A stretch of 64,000 nt of DNA from Ascidiella aspersa (Eukaryota). The notes below the pieces were generated by a model. It ran no database searches, had not been told where the DNA came from, and saw nothing but the letters and a program-made list of their open reading frames with translations. The position numbers were made by a program, and so were the translations under genes. Location of the stretch: assembly GCA_963924565.1 (NCBI GenBank), contig OZ004611.1, positions 7,874,001 to 7,938,000 on the forward strand, given 5' to 3'. Shown here one piece after another: positions 52,918-64,000 of this stretch. The first letter of the stretch is position 1. Every line of letters starts with the position of its first letter.

Positions 52918-55143
52918 TTAGCTTGCGAAACATGAATATGTGTAAAACAGTGTGTTTATAGATAAGAGATAGTGCAAATTAATGTTACTAATATAGCTTT
53001 TTGTAATCTTTACCAGATATAAAAATATGTTTGCAACAGGCAAAATCACATAAAAACTATACAAGCACAACAGAACTACAAAAAACAATATAATGTAAAC
53101 AGAAAATAAATGGTTACTACAAATGTATACAAAAACATTATAAAGCTCTACAGGTGACCTATTTTTTAGCGATTTTCGTAAGCTAACATTTTGATCTTTT
53201 TTTAATTGAAGATCTGAATTAATTTTTTTGGCTTTTTGATAACATCTAATTTTCAAAAAGAAATGGCAAATTTTGAATTTTGTCCTCATTTGCAAAGTCA
53301 CAAAGTATTCACAACATTACAATTAAAATTTTTATAAATTTTTTGCAAAACATCATTGTGGTTATATAATTGCGCCGAAACTGAACCTCAAAATAGGCTA
53401 AAAGATCTGTCATGCGTGCTTTTGGTGCCGTTAGCTTTCCATATGTGTCATTATTTAGTGCTGAAATAAGTGAACCTTTTGAAAAATTACCTTCCGAGTC
53501 TTTGAAATCTAAAATAATCTGTAAATGGGACTCTTTTTTGCATGCCTTAGATAATTTGTGCAAAATATATCCACCAATATGTTCCAAAATATGCCGGTCA
53601 TCATCAGTAATAGAATTTATTTTTTGATTTGTTTCCAGATCTAACTTCTCAAATTTGCTATATATTTATCAAACAATTTTCTTGTTAAATCCAAACTGTC
53701 ATCTCTCGATAAATGTTGGAGGAGGTTAGGAATGACAAACATCCAACTATCCTGAATGTTAAAAGAAGAAAATTGCCGTCTGGTTTTGATCTGAAAATAT
53801 TAAAAAAATATTCCCAAGCTTTATCTGGCATATTTAAAGCTTCGCCCCCAATTTGGCTCCACCACATCTTTATCTCCTCCACATTCTCACTTTTAAATGT
53901 TATCTCTACGACTCCAGAAATCCTTCTTTATCCACTGTTGATTAAAATATATTTTATTGTATATATGTGATAATATTTCAAATTAAATGACAGCTCCAAA
54001 CATGGGGTAAAGTAGGGATTTGGGGGCATTAAGAATACATTTAAAGTTACATAAAACTGGTTTAGATTAGTGATGCTTTCTTGCCATTGTTTAATATAAA
54101 AATTACAAGGTCTCTGTGTTTTTTAAGGATCGTGTTAAGGGAAGTCCCAGATTTTATCAATTTTGGTGTGGTAATTTTGGGGTGTCTGCGGAGCCCCTAA
54201 ATGTTGTGTATTATATCTTTTTCACAGAAAGCTGTGCTTTCATATTTGTATGCTTTAAGCAACTCTGTCCATCTTTAAAAACAAAATACTAACCTGTGCA
54301 ACAACAACTACATTTTTGTAATCTCATATCTAATGTAATGTCTAAATTTGCCTTTAAAAATTGCACAAACACTTACTGGGGCACTTAAGATTGGAAATAA
54401 TGAGACAGGTAATGAATTCCTTCTGCAAGCAGCAAGAACCTTTCCAAAATTACTTGCAGTAACTCTAAATTCACGATATAAAAACCTGTTCATCACCAGC
54501 ACGCATTGATTTTTTTTTTGATTTTTGCTTAAAACGTTTCGAGATGCCATAAAACTGCCATTGTGTCGTAAACCTTCACAGACTCTTCTGCCAAAATCCA
54601 CCCCATTCCAGTAAATCTGCCAAGTTTGGAAATCTCGTTCTTCAAAAATTGTGTGTCATAACACACTGCTGGTCTGTCCACACCAGCTGCATATTATGTA
54701 AGCTGTTCGGCAAATAAATCAACACAAAGCTACTCTTCATTATTTTAAAAAACTATGGAAATATTTATTATTGAAACATGTTAGTTTTACCATGTGATTC
54801 CCTTGGCCACAAAGATGACACACATTTGGCAGATATACTGGCTGATTGTTTTGGGCTTGCTCCAAGAGCACTCAATGTCACAGTTTTCCACCCAAACAAG
54901 CAGCGCAGCAATATGATGTCTTGACAGCTTGACTCTCTATTTCTACCTGCAACATGGGTTGGTTATAAATGATACATTAGTGTAAATATTGTAGCTGCTA
55001 TATGACAACACGAGTCGACAATATATTTTCTTTTTCCCCCCCTTATGTTTCCGTGACCACTGTCATAAGAGTTATGGCCTCCTCTTTGCAAGATTCGGGT
55101 CAGTTTTGAAAATCGCATATAGTAAAGACTTGACGGGTTCCAT
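52918..55143 (-). pseudogene. Degraded SWIM + YqaJ (lambda-exonuclease-like) gene and downstream exons, converging on the P transposase
   Basis: Start MEPVKS..DPNLAKRG..SYDSGH; HHIAALL..CDIECSWSKPK (SWIM remnant); GRFTGMGWIL; RVTASNFGKVLAAC (YqaJ motif I). Downstream EHIGGYILHKL segment at 53309-53587. Confidence 0.65.
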
Positions 55144-55250
55144 TATATAGTTTTTTTAAGAATATCACCTCAGTGCTGCTAAAAAAGGCATTTAGTTTAA
55201 TATCTTTCTGTTATGTCGCATAAAAAAATCAATATGCTTTTTACGCCAAT

Positions 55251-55362
55251 AGGCCACTTGCAGCTTGCGGTCACGTGACTAGTTACCGCATAGCAACGCG
55301 TTACTGGAGAGCAAGCTAATCCAGTAGCTACTGCTAGCAGATACGCGTTACCGACAGTTAGC
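55251..55362 (+). repeat. Left TIR of ISL2EU element
   Basis: AGGCCACTTGCAGCTTGCGGTCACGTGACTAG...CCGACAGTTAGC, reverse complement of 59718-59829. Confidence 0.97.
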
Positions 55363-55761
55363 GTTGATGTTGTTCTGGAATGGAAATCCTATTTATAATT
55401 CTGTAAAGCGGGGGCGGTCTATCCTACAGTTCGATCTTACTGCAGATAATCACCATAATCAACCCTTTCCAACTATTTATGCTCTAGTTATCTAAACCTT
55501 CAAGTTTTACGGCGTCCTAGCGGCAAAATAGAACAAAAAATATATACGAAATCGATTGTATTTTCATGAGCAAAACCATAATATTAATAGTACCCAACTT
55601 TAAATGTTAGGAACATTACCAAACAGATTACAAACTGATTTTGGGATTCTGATTGGTGAAGTTTTCGAAGAAAGAACTTTGCAGTAAAATGAGTTCTAAT
55701 GGTAAGATTATTTTTTCCTTTCTTTTCGTATGACAAATTTAGAGCAATATATATATAAAAT

Positions 55762-57456
55762 GTGTATGTTCCAGCTGTTGGGAGGACAGACTTGACCTTG
55801 TTTCCGCCAATTACATTCGCAGAAGTGGAACAATATGCACAGGTCAAGTCGGGGTGCGAGAACACCCATAAGGCATATAAATTTTTTGCTGAGCCAGGGT
55901 ATCTACATGATATGAAGTGTAAGTGGACCGAATGTTATATACGCAAACCATATTTTATTGCTTTACTACAAAACCTTTCACAGAATGGTTAGTTTATATT
56001 TTAAAGTAGGTTGCTTTTATAATTTGTTTAACATACAGGTTATAAGAACAGAAACATTTTAAATTATAAGTTGCTAATCACGTCCTACGAAATTGAAGTA
56101 GCCTAACAAGAAAATGATTTAATATGTTTATGTGTATGTTGCAGTGAGCTACACAGAAGAGGAGGCAACTGTATTTGCAAAATGTTACAGGTCAATGAAA
56201 AAAAATGAGCCACCGCATAACCTACAAGCGTCTGTAACACTTGTAACCAAATCGATGTCTGGAATGAGTGGCTTTTGCAACCATGTTGTAGGTTTATTTT
56301 TTTACATGGCTCACTGTAAACAACTGAACTTAAACAATATGCCCGACAACCTTTCTTGTACCAGTTTGCAACAACAATGGAGTATTCCCAGGGGTAAAAA
56401 AGTCAAAAATAAGGAAGTACAAGACTTGCTTGTTAAGAAGCCACAAGCTGGAGCCAATTATTTAAAATTTATAAGCAGCACATTGTATTCACCATCATGT
56501 TCATATGGTACTTTCACCAAAGAACATTTCTGTGGTCTGCAGCCTGAACCACTCATAGCTTCCTTAGTTCCAGGGGTTAATGAGCTGTGTCAGATGCAGT
56601 TTGTTGCAACTAAGTTTGGAGCTGTTCCAAAAGGAAGCGTGCTCTCTTATCAGCAAAGTCTTTCCCAGGAGTATCTTATAACTGATTTCTCCTGCACTGG
56701 CTTTCCTCAACTTCCAATAGAATCTTCAGGGCAACGGTTCAGCAATAATTTTGTTTCGTGCTTGGACAAAGACAAGCATCAGTCATTTCAGTCACTTTAT
56801 GTCAGCACAGAAGAAAGCCTAAAAATTCAGGATGATACTATTACTCAGGGAGACAGTTTCTCCTATGGCATTTGCAAAGAAAAAAAAGAATTACAGCCAG
56901 TAAATTTGGCCTTGTGGCAAAAAGGTTAAGTAATTTTGACAGCCTAAAAAAGCAACTAAATCCAGAAAAAAACATTTTAACTGCTGCAATGAAAAGAGGT
57001 ATTAAATATGAAGCGAAAGCTGCTATGACATATGCTAAAAAATGTAAAAATGAAAAGGTAAACCTGTTTCCATCTGGTCTCATCATCCATCCAAAGGCTT
57101 GCTGGCTAGGCTGCAGCCCAGATAGGAAAGTTTATGACTTAGAAGCCATTCACACAGGAAATAATCCTTTTGGATTACTTGAAGTTAAGGTAGTTCAAGA
57201 AGGTAAAAGTAATTTTGAAAAAGTCAACTATTTAGAAAAGGTCACTGGTATGGATGCATTCCACCTAAAAAGAAACCATGTTTATTACTACCAGGTCCAA
57301 TGTCAACTTGGCCTTACCGGTTTGGACTGGTGTGATTTTTTTACTTATATTAGTGAAGATGTGTATGTATGCGACCGAAATACTTTTGACCCAGAGTTCT
57401 TTCAACTTGCCAAAGATAAAGTCGATATGTTTTTCTTTGATTATTATTTGCAATAA
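55762..57456 (+). CDS. ISL2EU accessory protein: SWIM zinc finger + YqaJ/lambda-exonuclease domain (one intron, one frameshift near 56870)
   Basis: Exon to 55918, GTAAGT...TTGCAG intron, then GMSGFCNHVVGL, SCTS..QQW, RITASKFG, GCSPD, LLEVK, YYYQVQCQL and WCDF. Confidence 0.88.
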
Positions 57457-57629
57457 ATGTGTGTATGTTTTATTGCCATTGGTAATTAGTAAAATTCACA
57501 AACAGGTATAACAAATGTAATAGAAAAGAAAGAACAACCTGTGACAGATAAAACCAAAATAATAAATTTAACAACAACACAAACACATAAATATGTACAA
57601 AATAAAATTTATTTATTTTTTTATAATTA

Positions 57630-59330
57630 GGGCCCTTGGAAATTTGTTAGAAGACATGCAACTGTATTTGATTAATAGAACCTAGCATAGAAAGGGGGAC
57701 ATCTGAATCAAAAAAATGATTTTCTTTTACTCTTCTGATTGCTCTTTCCACATGAATTCTTAGTTTAGCAATTGACTTTGTCACAAGGACATCCTGTGGT
57801 AAGAACTGAGATTTTCTCTCAAGAAATGGAGGAATATTAAGGGACACCCCTTTTTCACTTAAAACCCTTTGTCTGCCATTACTGAATCACCAGGTTCTAA
57901 CAAATCTAAAACTCCACTGCATCTGGTAATTTCTTTGTCTGATATAGATCCTGTATATAAAGAGGACACAAATGAAATTGCTCCGTGCGGTGCAATTCCA
58001 ATCAGGCCTTTCAAGGTGGTGGTTGACTTATATGATGAATACATTTGTGATTGCAATACTAATGATGATGGGGTCTGCACAAATATTTCAGTACAATCTA
58101 AAATTACTCTAGTGGATGGGTATAACCTACAAAACTCATCAGGCATTTTGCTTTTAACATATTTCCTTGAGGGCCAAATGGGCTGACTTCCTAAAAGAAA
58201 GTATAGGAAATTTGCCCAGGTTGTAATTTTTCTACTCACAGTCGACATATGTATCTGAAAGCGGTCAGCCAGATCTTGCTCGAGTAACCCCAGCCTTAAA
58301 CGAATAATAAACATAAAAAATTCATCTATTAATTGCATATGTCTGGACCCTGGTCTACTTTCCCTCTCACCGGAAGCATAGCAGTACCTTATGTATTCTG
58401 CACTGGGTCTTGCAATCTCAAACAAAGATTTTATATGCAAATAACTTGGAAAACCAGTGTAAAACTTAATGCTGTCATTATCTGTGGAAAATCTTTCCAA
58501 ACCAAATTTATGTAATGCTAATTGCTCAGCAGCAGACCTTTTAAGTTGATTGATTTCTTCAATTAACATTGCCCTAATTTTTTCAGATTCTAACTCAACA
58601 TCCAATTTTTCTTTTCTATATTTTTCCAATTCATTTTTTGCTGCATTTAATTTTTCCTCCAAACTTTCAATTTTATCTGACAGCTGACTTTGGCTTTTAT
58701 CTTCCTCTGGGCATTTAATATCCTCGTACTCATGTACATCATCACTATAAAAAGTTAAAAAGCCTTAAATTTTACTATATCTTTCTCCTGATGTTTTCTA
58801 AATTTAAGTAATAAGCATATAAAATATATAGATATGCTTGATAGAACTGCAAAATGCAATAAGGAAATCTTAGTATTTATAATTTTCTGTTGCAAAAATA
58901 AGTTTCATATATATATATAATATAGGCCTACCTGTTATTCGTTCGCAAAATTTTTCTTCGAGCTTTATGCTCTTGAGACCAATCAAACACTGATGGCACA
59001 GCACCTTTCTTTAGAATTTGGCGGCCAGCCTTATCAGGCGGCATATAATCTTCCAAAGTAAAATGCTGAGAGCAAACCCGAGTGCTTGTTGTTATCTACA
59101 CAAAAATCCAAAAATAAGTAGGCTTATTAAGAAGATACAAGAATTAGTTCAATCAACTAAATATACCTTAAACAATGGACCTTCATCTCTTCTGATTTTT
59201 ACAACCCATTGCGCTCTCAATTTTTTTTCGCTTTTCCTCCCAGGAAAACGATGAAAGTGCAATGAGGAATTATATCGAGAATCCCCATTGCATCTTGGGA
59301 CACAGCAATGGTAGCAGCTAGAATGATGTT
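57630..59330 (-). CDS. ISL2EU transposase: THAP + coiled coil + HTH + DDE_Tnp_4, with small lesions
   Basis: THAP CCVPRC..FHRFP..W..KIRR..RVCSQHF; FYTGF; [22 protein letters not shown]; ILDCTE, MADKG and [10 protein letters not shown] (DDE triad). Frameshift at about 57860. Confidence 0.9.
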
Positions 59331-59717
59331 GCTTATTTGAAGAGCCTTCTTGGAGCCCTTCACTTTGACTTAGAGCTAGGATTTTGTAAATAAGACAACA
59401 TTAATCAAACACTACAAATAGCATAATTTTCTTAAAAAAGCAAGGGCTATAGATAAATATACAATCACGTACATAATATGTTTAACTGAACAATTTATTT
59501 TATAAGCTCTTACATTCAAACAAAGAAAATATGTACCAAACTTACCACTGAAATTCGCCATTACAATTGGATGTTGTAGTTTCTTCTAAAATCCTATATA
59601 TTTACTACTCATAAAAACAAACAAACAACTTCTGAAAACTAAAAGGAATGATGTACCTGTGAAACGTAAATAAATCACCATCTTCGTTTGAAAAATTGTT
59701 TTAACCATCAACTGAAT

Positions 59718-59829
59718 GCTAACTGTCGGTAACGCGTATCTGCTAGCAGTAGCTACTGGATTAGCTTGCTCTCCAGTAACGCGTTGCTATGCGGTAACTA
59801 GTCACGTGACCGCAATCTGCAAGTGGCCT
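59718..59829 (-). repeat. Right TIR of ISL2EU element
   Basis: 111/112 identity to the left TIR. Confidence 0.97.
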
Positions 59830-59913
59830 ATTGGCTCACTTTGGGGGGAATTTTAAATTTTGGGGAGGAAAAGTGGATGAAAATGGCTCACTTTTTTGTT
59901 TGACAATGTTTAA

Positions 59914-60550
59914 ATGACCGACGGAGAAAGGAAACACAAACTGTCCAGTATATCCAAAGGGACAGGAGAGATAGACATCCAAGACGAAGTGAAACAGTTA
60001 GCAGAAAAAAACGCGTCAACATTCGACACAAAGCCCAGCGTGAATGCTTTCAAGGAACTCCTCTTCGCCGAAGACTTCTCCTTTCCAGAACTTCTGGCGA
60101 AGAGGGCGTACAATCAGATGCAGTTTGGCAAGAAAAATAACAAATTAAAGAAGGCACTAAAAAGATGGGCAAATTTACACAAAAGGTATGGACGGTAGAA
60201 GAAGCAAAGAACATCACCTATGACGACGCGCCGCTAACAACGGACGAGCTGTTACTAGTTCTAATAGAAGCAGCTTTAGAAACTAGGAATGAGGATGGGG
60301 GCATCCAATATGCTCCCCACATATTGCTCCACGGAGAAGCAAAAGCGGGTTCCCAACAGAATACGCGTCAATAATGACAAACGATAGCCAAGGAGTGTGG
60401 TCAGCGAAAACTCATGGCGACCGTCAAGATAATGAAGCAACACTAGCCTTCGTAACAACAAACACAAATAAACCACTAACAAAGATGTCAGCACTTGAGG
60501 ATATACAGCCGATGAAAAGAAGATTCGTCCAAGCGGAATGGAATCAACAT
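59914..60550 (+). pseudogene. SF3 helicase-like (parvovirus NS1/Rep-like) remnant
   Basis: HILLHGEAKAGS (truncated Walker A), AKTHG......AFVTTN (B'/motif C) and PMKRRF (arginine finger). Intronless; Walker B deleted. Confidence 0.5.
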
Positions 60551-60685
60551 TTGTGTCCTCTTTATATCAGACAAAAAAATTACCAGATGCAGCGCGGAGT
60601 TTTAGATTTGTGGAACCTGGTGATTCAGTAATGGTAGACAAAGGGTTATTACAGATTTATTAAGTGAAAAAGGGTGTTGTCCCTA

Positions 60686-62758
60686 CACTGTTAAAAAATT
60701 TTACAGTAAAAAACACTGGCAGCAGTTTTTACGGACCCTAACGTTTACATCACTTTACCGTAAAGGTTTTTACTGTTTTATTCAGTAAAATAACAGGTGA
60801 ATGTTAAGAGAGTCAATTGTTAGAAAATATTGTTCCAAGGAGTCTTTAAGCAAAATTATATTATTATTAAACTGTAACCCATTTTGGTTGGTGTTTTTTG
60901 GCAAAGTTTGTAGCACACAATTAACATTTTATGAAAATAATTGTGTGTGGATGGACAGAATTACTTGGTTGGCCACACACTGTTCAACCAATGAATGAAG
61001 TTTCTACTGTGGGTAAGTAATTTCAATAAGACAATGAGATTGGTATTTTTTCAGCTCTGTCATATATTTTCTATTGTTAAATCTTGCTCATACATAATTA
61101 TTTTAGTCCTCACCTCATTTGTAAAAGCGTCCAGTATATTGGTGTTTTGATGACATCGAGATAAGTGTGAAGAAAGGACTGTATATTGCTTGGTACAGTT
61201 TTGCAGGATAGCGATTTTTATATCCTTTTCGAAGTTGCTGCTTTAAGTGCTGAATAACTTGTTTCATTGAACCAAATTTTGCTTTACAAATTTCTAATGG
61301 ACATTCAAAACTACCAATATCTGACATTTTTATAAGATGCATAATGAAAAAACAAATAGCCTTAACATCTTAGTATAATAGTTAGGGATGCTCAACGTAG
61401 AATATCGAATCCAATTCTGCCGTTTATTTCGGGTAATTGGAACCGATATAATTTAATGTTTTACCGCCGATTGTTGCGCCTAATTGTACAAACGCGTGTG
61501 GTAAGTTGGCCTGTCGCTGCGGCGACCAATTTATAGTGCTTGCTTTAAATGTAACCTGGTAGTGCAGTGTCAGCGTTTTTTCGGGTGACCAATTACCGCG
61601 TCTCGCGATAACGTTCGTCTAATAATTAAGTGTCAATCAAACATTATCGGGCGAGCGACTAACGTGTAATGTCTGGTGTGGAGTTCGCAATTGCCCAAAA
61701 TGCGTTAAGTTGCAAATAATATTACGTTGTAAAACGTGCTGACCGTCTACAAAATGCGATATAGGATTACTTAAGGTCAACTTTAGGCCAATATTCAGCG
61801 AGGTTATGCAGTTATGCACAGCGTAATTGTCAAGAATTCGTTATGTCAATAGTAACTTCGTATTCTTTGCAGTATATTATTTGACTGCATAACAGATCAT
61901 GTTAGTCAAAAATGAAGCACTAAAACCCAACAATGCTTTAAAAAACAGGACCGAATTGCTTAAGACTTCTGTGTGCAGTGTTTCATTGTACTCACTATTG
62001 GCAAAAATATAAGTTTTGGCAACAACCTGGACAGTTGATATAATACAGTTTACAGAACTGCTTCAAATGACAGTTGTTAAGAATGTTAAACATATTGGAG
62101 ATTTTTTTATTATAATGTACACATGTCAGCAAATTGTTTGGGCGATTTATTGCTGTGATTGTAGGCTCTGTGGGGTAGATTAAGATTAATCCCTTCCCCA
62201 AACAAAACCAAGGTTAGATAATTTAATAAAAATATGTACTAGGATTCGCTATTCTGGATTCGTTATTCTAGATTCGAAACCTATTATTCTAGAATACCTT
62301 GGGATTCTACTTTGAACATCCCTAATAATAGTAAATATCCTATTGTAATCTTGCTGCCAACACAAACCACCATGTTATGAATGTCTGTTTGTCAGCGGCT
62401 TACTAATGTCACAGCCACACCTACTACCTTCTGTTGAATGGCAGTCATAATGCAATTAGCAGAAATAAATGTTAACTTTATTTTCTCATACGATAACAGC
62501 GCTATTAAATTAGACGCAAAAGCCTTTCCTAAACAAATGTAAAAACGGTCGCAGTTGACAGTTGACACTCTCTCTCGCACAAATCGTTAAGAGAAAAGAA
62601 AAAAATGATTTTTGAGGCTTGTGATTGGTTGCCTGTCGGGATCGAGAAAAACATGCTCGATTAACGGGTAATATTAACACGTAAATTGTGCTTACGGTTG
62701 AGAACCGTAAATAAATACGGCGATTTTTAAGTAAAATTTACGATTTTTTTTTAGAATG
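60686..62758. mobile_element. CACTA/EnSpm-like non-autonomous insertion with TA duplication
   Basis: Starts CACTGTTAAAAAA, ends TTTTTTTAGAATG, TA on both sides, exact host rejoin; internal C2H2-like CPLEICKAKF..VIQHLK fragment. Confidence 0.7.
61383..62324. mobile_element. hAT MITE with perfect 8-bp TSD
   Basis: TIRs TAGGGATG.TCAA.GTAGAAT/ATTCTAC.TTGAACATCCCTA; TSD ATAATAGT. Confidence 0.92.
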
Positions 62759-64000
62759 TAAATATTCCGCCATTTCTGGAGATAAAATATCAAGTTTTAC
62801 CACAGGATCTCTGGATTCATGTGGAAAGAGCAATCAGACAAGTAGAAGAAAATCATTTTTCTTCAAATGTCTTCTAACAAATTTCAATAATCAACTTTGT
62901 TTTGGAGTCCACCAGTCAAAAGAAACAAGCTGTATTAAAAAAGGAATTTTTACAAACAGTACTCAAGCAAAAGCAAGAAAGGCATACTCTCAACAGTCTC
63001 AAGATGAAAATTTTACAGCTTAATCTTGAAAAGGAACTGAGAAATATCAGATGAGGGGTCGGCTGTTATAGTCCAGTCAACAATTGGCCATTGCTTGGAG
63101 CAATGGCATTTGTTGAGCCATTTATTCAACCGAGGAGGTATTAGCTTTTTGGTTTATTACATTAGGGCCATTTTTACGAAATTGCTTGTTTGTAGAGGCC
63201 ACAGTTCTTCCTTGAATTGATGCCAGTTACCCAAACATGATATTTTGTCGCAAAGTCCAGGTGTTTTATGGATTATAAAAAGTGCATCTTTTTTTTGGCG
63301 ATAGATTTAGCTTGCTTAGGCTTTTTTGCATTACAGAATGTCAGTAGGCTATTCCTAAAATTCAAACTGTTGATCTTCGAAAAGACCACGTTTATGAAGA
63401 GGAAGAGGAAGTATAAAAAAATGGACAATTTGCGATAAAAGTTACTGCTGATCCAAGTGGGCTGCTTTTATGGGTTAATGTGTTTTAATTGTGTCGCAGT
63501 TCCAGATTTTACAATGCTTCCACGACGATGTTTGCAAAAACTACTCTCAATCAAAAGCCATAATTTGACAAATTTTGACTTTATTAATAAATTTTAGTTA
63601 ACTTTATTGTAAATTTTAACTTTCTTTTAACCTATAAACTTCTTAGTAGACGAGGTCCTTGAAATTTTTCAACTTTATTGACTTTTGCGGGCCCATAGTT
63701 ACTTATTAAATTGGCATATTGAGTGTAATTATTAAAAGTAAATAAACATGTGGTTCTATTTTGGTATTGTGACTGTTTTTTTTCTTAAAAGATCATCATG
63801 AAATTTCCAAGAAATGGTAACCCTAGAACTTGAGCCATGCTATATGAACAGAGAGGATTTAGAAACTGGTGGTGAGTAACCTTTAAAAAATTATAATATG
63901 CGGTGAGTTTTTAAACAATATTTTAGCAATCGACATATTTTGAATATTGTGTTTTAGAAAAGGAAGATGATGTGACCCAGACAAACTTTTTCTACTATCA

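Larger units (their letters stand above)
55251..59829. mobile_element. Full-length ISL2EU (PHIS/Harbinger-related) DNA transposon, 4579 bp
   Basis: 112-bp TIRs with one mismatch; AT dinucleotide duplicated at 55249-55250 and 59830-59831; convergent SWIM-YqaJ and THAP-HTH-DDE genes. Confidence 0.92.
60555..62885 (+). pseudogene. Second, older ISL2EU transposase remnant split by an insertion
   Basis: 60555-60685 and 62759-62885 match the reverse complement of 57640-57975 and rejoin as GTCCC-TA-AATATTCC. Confidence 0.85.

Noticed and set aside
62960-64000. Exon-like fragments at the window end
   Set aside because: No continuous frame or recognisable domain.

Overview
AT-rich, intron-containing eukaryotic DNA. 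It is probably a marine invertebrate; the Ly6-like/CCP/vWA genes and R2 element suggest an ascidian, but that is inference. The window is mostly a graveyard of decayed and nested mobile elements around a few disrupted host-type genes. Mobile elements, left to right: a Harbinger transposase remnant; the 5' part of an R2 retrotransposon; a Penelope-like RT/GIY-YIG fragment; a large degraded MULE/NOF-type polyprotein (PHD-PHD-DDE-Ulp1-USP) with a partly duplicated, spliced SGNH-hydrolase gene upstream; the 3' end of an R2 element still joined to its 28S rRNA target; and an intact orphan 256-aa ORF next to a 40-bp hairpin. The middle holds an ABCC transporter pseudogene, a membrane LRR gene and two duplicated CCP/vWA genes. 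The right part holds Penelope RT and EnSpm fragments, a P-element transposase converging on a SWIM-YqaJ gene, a structurally complete ISL2EU transposon (112-bp TIRs, AT TSD), an SF3-helicase-like remnant and a triple-nested insertion. Many hAT MITEs have clear 8-bp TSDs. All calls come from manual motif reading; no database searches were run, and the boundaries of degraded features are approximate.
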